Below, piece by piece: positions 62,251-64,000 of a stretch of DNA of 64,000 nt. Origin of the DNA: Methanomassiliicoccaceae archaeon (GTDB taxonomy: Archaea; Thermoplasmatota; Thermoplasmata; Methanomassiliicoccales; Methanomassiliicoccaceae); contig CAVSJV010000005.1 of the NCBI GenBank assembly GCA_963728405.1, forward strand, positions 452,435 through 516,434, written 5' to 3'. The notes beneath the pieces were generated by a model. That model was given only the letters and a program-made list of their open reading frames with translations, was not told the DNA's origin and did no database searches. Position 1 is the first letter of the stretch. Each line of letters begins with the position of its first letter. The position numbers were made by a program, and so were the translations under genes.

Positions 62251-63505
62251 CTAGTGGCTGATGCAACGCGAAGAGTGCCGGCAGCGGAGAGTGCTTGGAT
62301 TCGTGCAGCAACTATAGCATGTCAGACGATTGCGCAGTCTATCAAAGCATTAGAAATAGAAGATTACTGGAAGTTTGGGGCACCACTGCATCCACACTTT
62401 GGCTCCGCCCTGCATCATATTGTCACTCAGTGCTGCAGATCTGCACCGCAGCTTCTATAGTACATACTTCTCACGCGGTTGGGTGGAGGTCGCGCCTCAC
62501 TTCTGTTTCGAGTAGTGCTGCTCGTAGTGTTGCTATTGTTGCCGGTAGTCGAGATGGAGGAGGACGGCGGTGACACATTACGGAGACGAGATAATCAGAT
62601 ACGTTACATAATGAATGATATCGCTGAAAACTAGAATACATTTCATCGAAGAACTTGTAGTCGCTCCATTTGCCGCTTTCGCAGCAAGAGACTGTCGCAA
62701 ACGCAACTCCGACAGAAGCTGCTGCAATTTGATGTTATACTGTGCGGAATATTACGTGCAACCGTGGGACAGTGTACAATTTCCGAGAATACAGCCACAA
62801 AAACGTCTGTTGTTGATCCTCTTCCTCTCCACACAGCTATCTCTTGACAGGTGTCACCTCGAGTTTTGGTAACAGGGAAGGAACATTGTTGTCGACAACA
62901 AAGAATTGCTCTCGAAAGAAAATGTTCTTCTGCTCGTTTGAGGCGTGCTCCGGCGCCATTTGCACTCGGCTTCTCTCTGCGCAAGCGATTGTCGCCTACA
63001 TTGCACCATATTTCAACAGCTTTTCTTGCCAGTCTCTACCCTTACCATCCCAATTCTTCGCAACTTCGGAACAAAACCTCGTTTCTTGTGTTCAATGGAC
63101 TCATGCAAGCGTGTCTCAAAACAAAAAACCGAATATATATAGACTGCTGTCCCAATGCAGCTTCACTCCTGTCACTGCTTGGCACTTAGTGGGTGCTTGC
63201 TTATTCTCTGCTGTGGTGTGAGTGCTACTGAGACTGCGGAGACGGTATCTTCCCCAGTACATTATATATACGCTGCTAACAGTGCCTTGACAGAGTGCGC
63301 ACATTCGCAATGGACAAGTGGATTCTTTTACACCATCTTTGTTGCATGAGGAGTACTCGGAGGATCGAGACAGCTGCGGATTCATGACCAGTTCGCTCTC
63401 CTCCTGGAGGCATGCTGCTTGCTCTCTAGCTGCGCTGCCAGGCTCTTCCACCGTCTTTGCTATTAGACGAGCAGCAGCTACTTCTCTGTGCTTTTCCTCA
63501 CTGTG

Positions 63506-63917
63506 ATGGTGCAGGAGCGCTTATCACAACTGCCAGCGCCTGCAGCAGCGACACTCCGCCCAGAACCGCTGATGAGCGGCGGTGAGGAACAGCAGCAGCA
63601 GGAGGAGCAGCAGATAGTGCAGAAAGAGCAACCAAACTGGCATGTAGGATTCTCTCCATCATCTCGGTTACTTTGTGTGCCTCTTAGCAGCCTTATTCTT
63701 TCTCTCTCCCTCTCTCTCCATTCTCTCTCCATCGTTTCTCTCTCTGTCGCCGGCTCTCTCTTGTGCGGAAGCGCGGCGCAGCCTCACCGCTGCGTCCCAG
63801 TGGCTTCGATTCCACATAGACACGACGCTGCTGTATGCTGATTCGCGGGCGTGTTTCCATGAGGGACAGCGCATCAACATGTATGCTGCGGAGCTCGGCA
63901 CCTATCCAGAGTACACG
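63506..63917 (+). CDS. Exon(s) of an unidentified eukaryotic gene continuing beyond the window
   Basis: Reading ...HIDTTLLYADSRACFHEGQRINMYAAELGTYPEYT ends at a GTAAG donor (63918) followed by GA-rich intron-like sequence. Confidence 0.35.
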
Positions 63918-64000
63918 GTAAGCTGCGAGAGAGGAGAGAGGAGAGGAGAGAGGAGGGGGGAGAGGAGGAGCAGAGAGCAGAGAGGAGAGAGAGGATAGAA

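Overview
The window joins two unrelated genomes at 44110/44111. (A) 1-44110 is GC-rich, gene-dense archaeal DNA with GGAGG ribosome-binding sites. Cgi121, Hel308, LonB, EgsA and UPF0179 show it is archaeal; Thermoplasmatota/Methanomassiliicoccales is my inference only. It carries thrB-thrC, hel308, lonB, nadM-pncC, a KaiC-like pair, a ~21 kb cell-surface/glyco-modification island (5 GT4, 2 GT2, 2 cobalamin-dependent radical SAM, 2 CelD-type GNAT, PIG-L deacetylase, DUF1616, CPBP protease, a large secreted protein), purC, egsA, a PAS/GAF histidine kinase with a REC protein, and a NikR-like regulator beside a P1B ATPase that is cut at the junction. (B) 44111-64000 is intron-rich eukaryotic (protist-like) DNA full of (GA/CT)n microsatellites. 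It carries a truncated RUS1-family gene, 6-phosphogluconate dehydrogenase, a complete ~4.87 kb DIRS1-type tyrosine-recombinase retrotransposon (ITRs, internal complementary region, gag, RT-RNaseH-methyltransferase, YR), MCTS1 and a PX(?)-PH-RasGEF gene. Less obvious signals: most archaeal frameshifts are insertions in the middle of the same GAC^GT motif (possible DNA-modification footprint in the reads); two genes appear to start at CTG through a CTGA stop/start overlap; a four-hairpin leader precedes the secreted protein; and DIRS gag and the recombinase lie in one frame separated only by two TGA codons. All family assignments come from motif recognition, not database searches.
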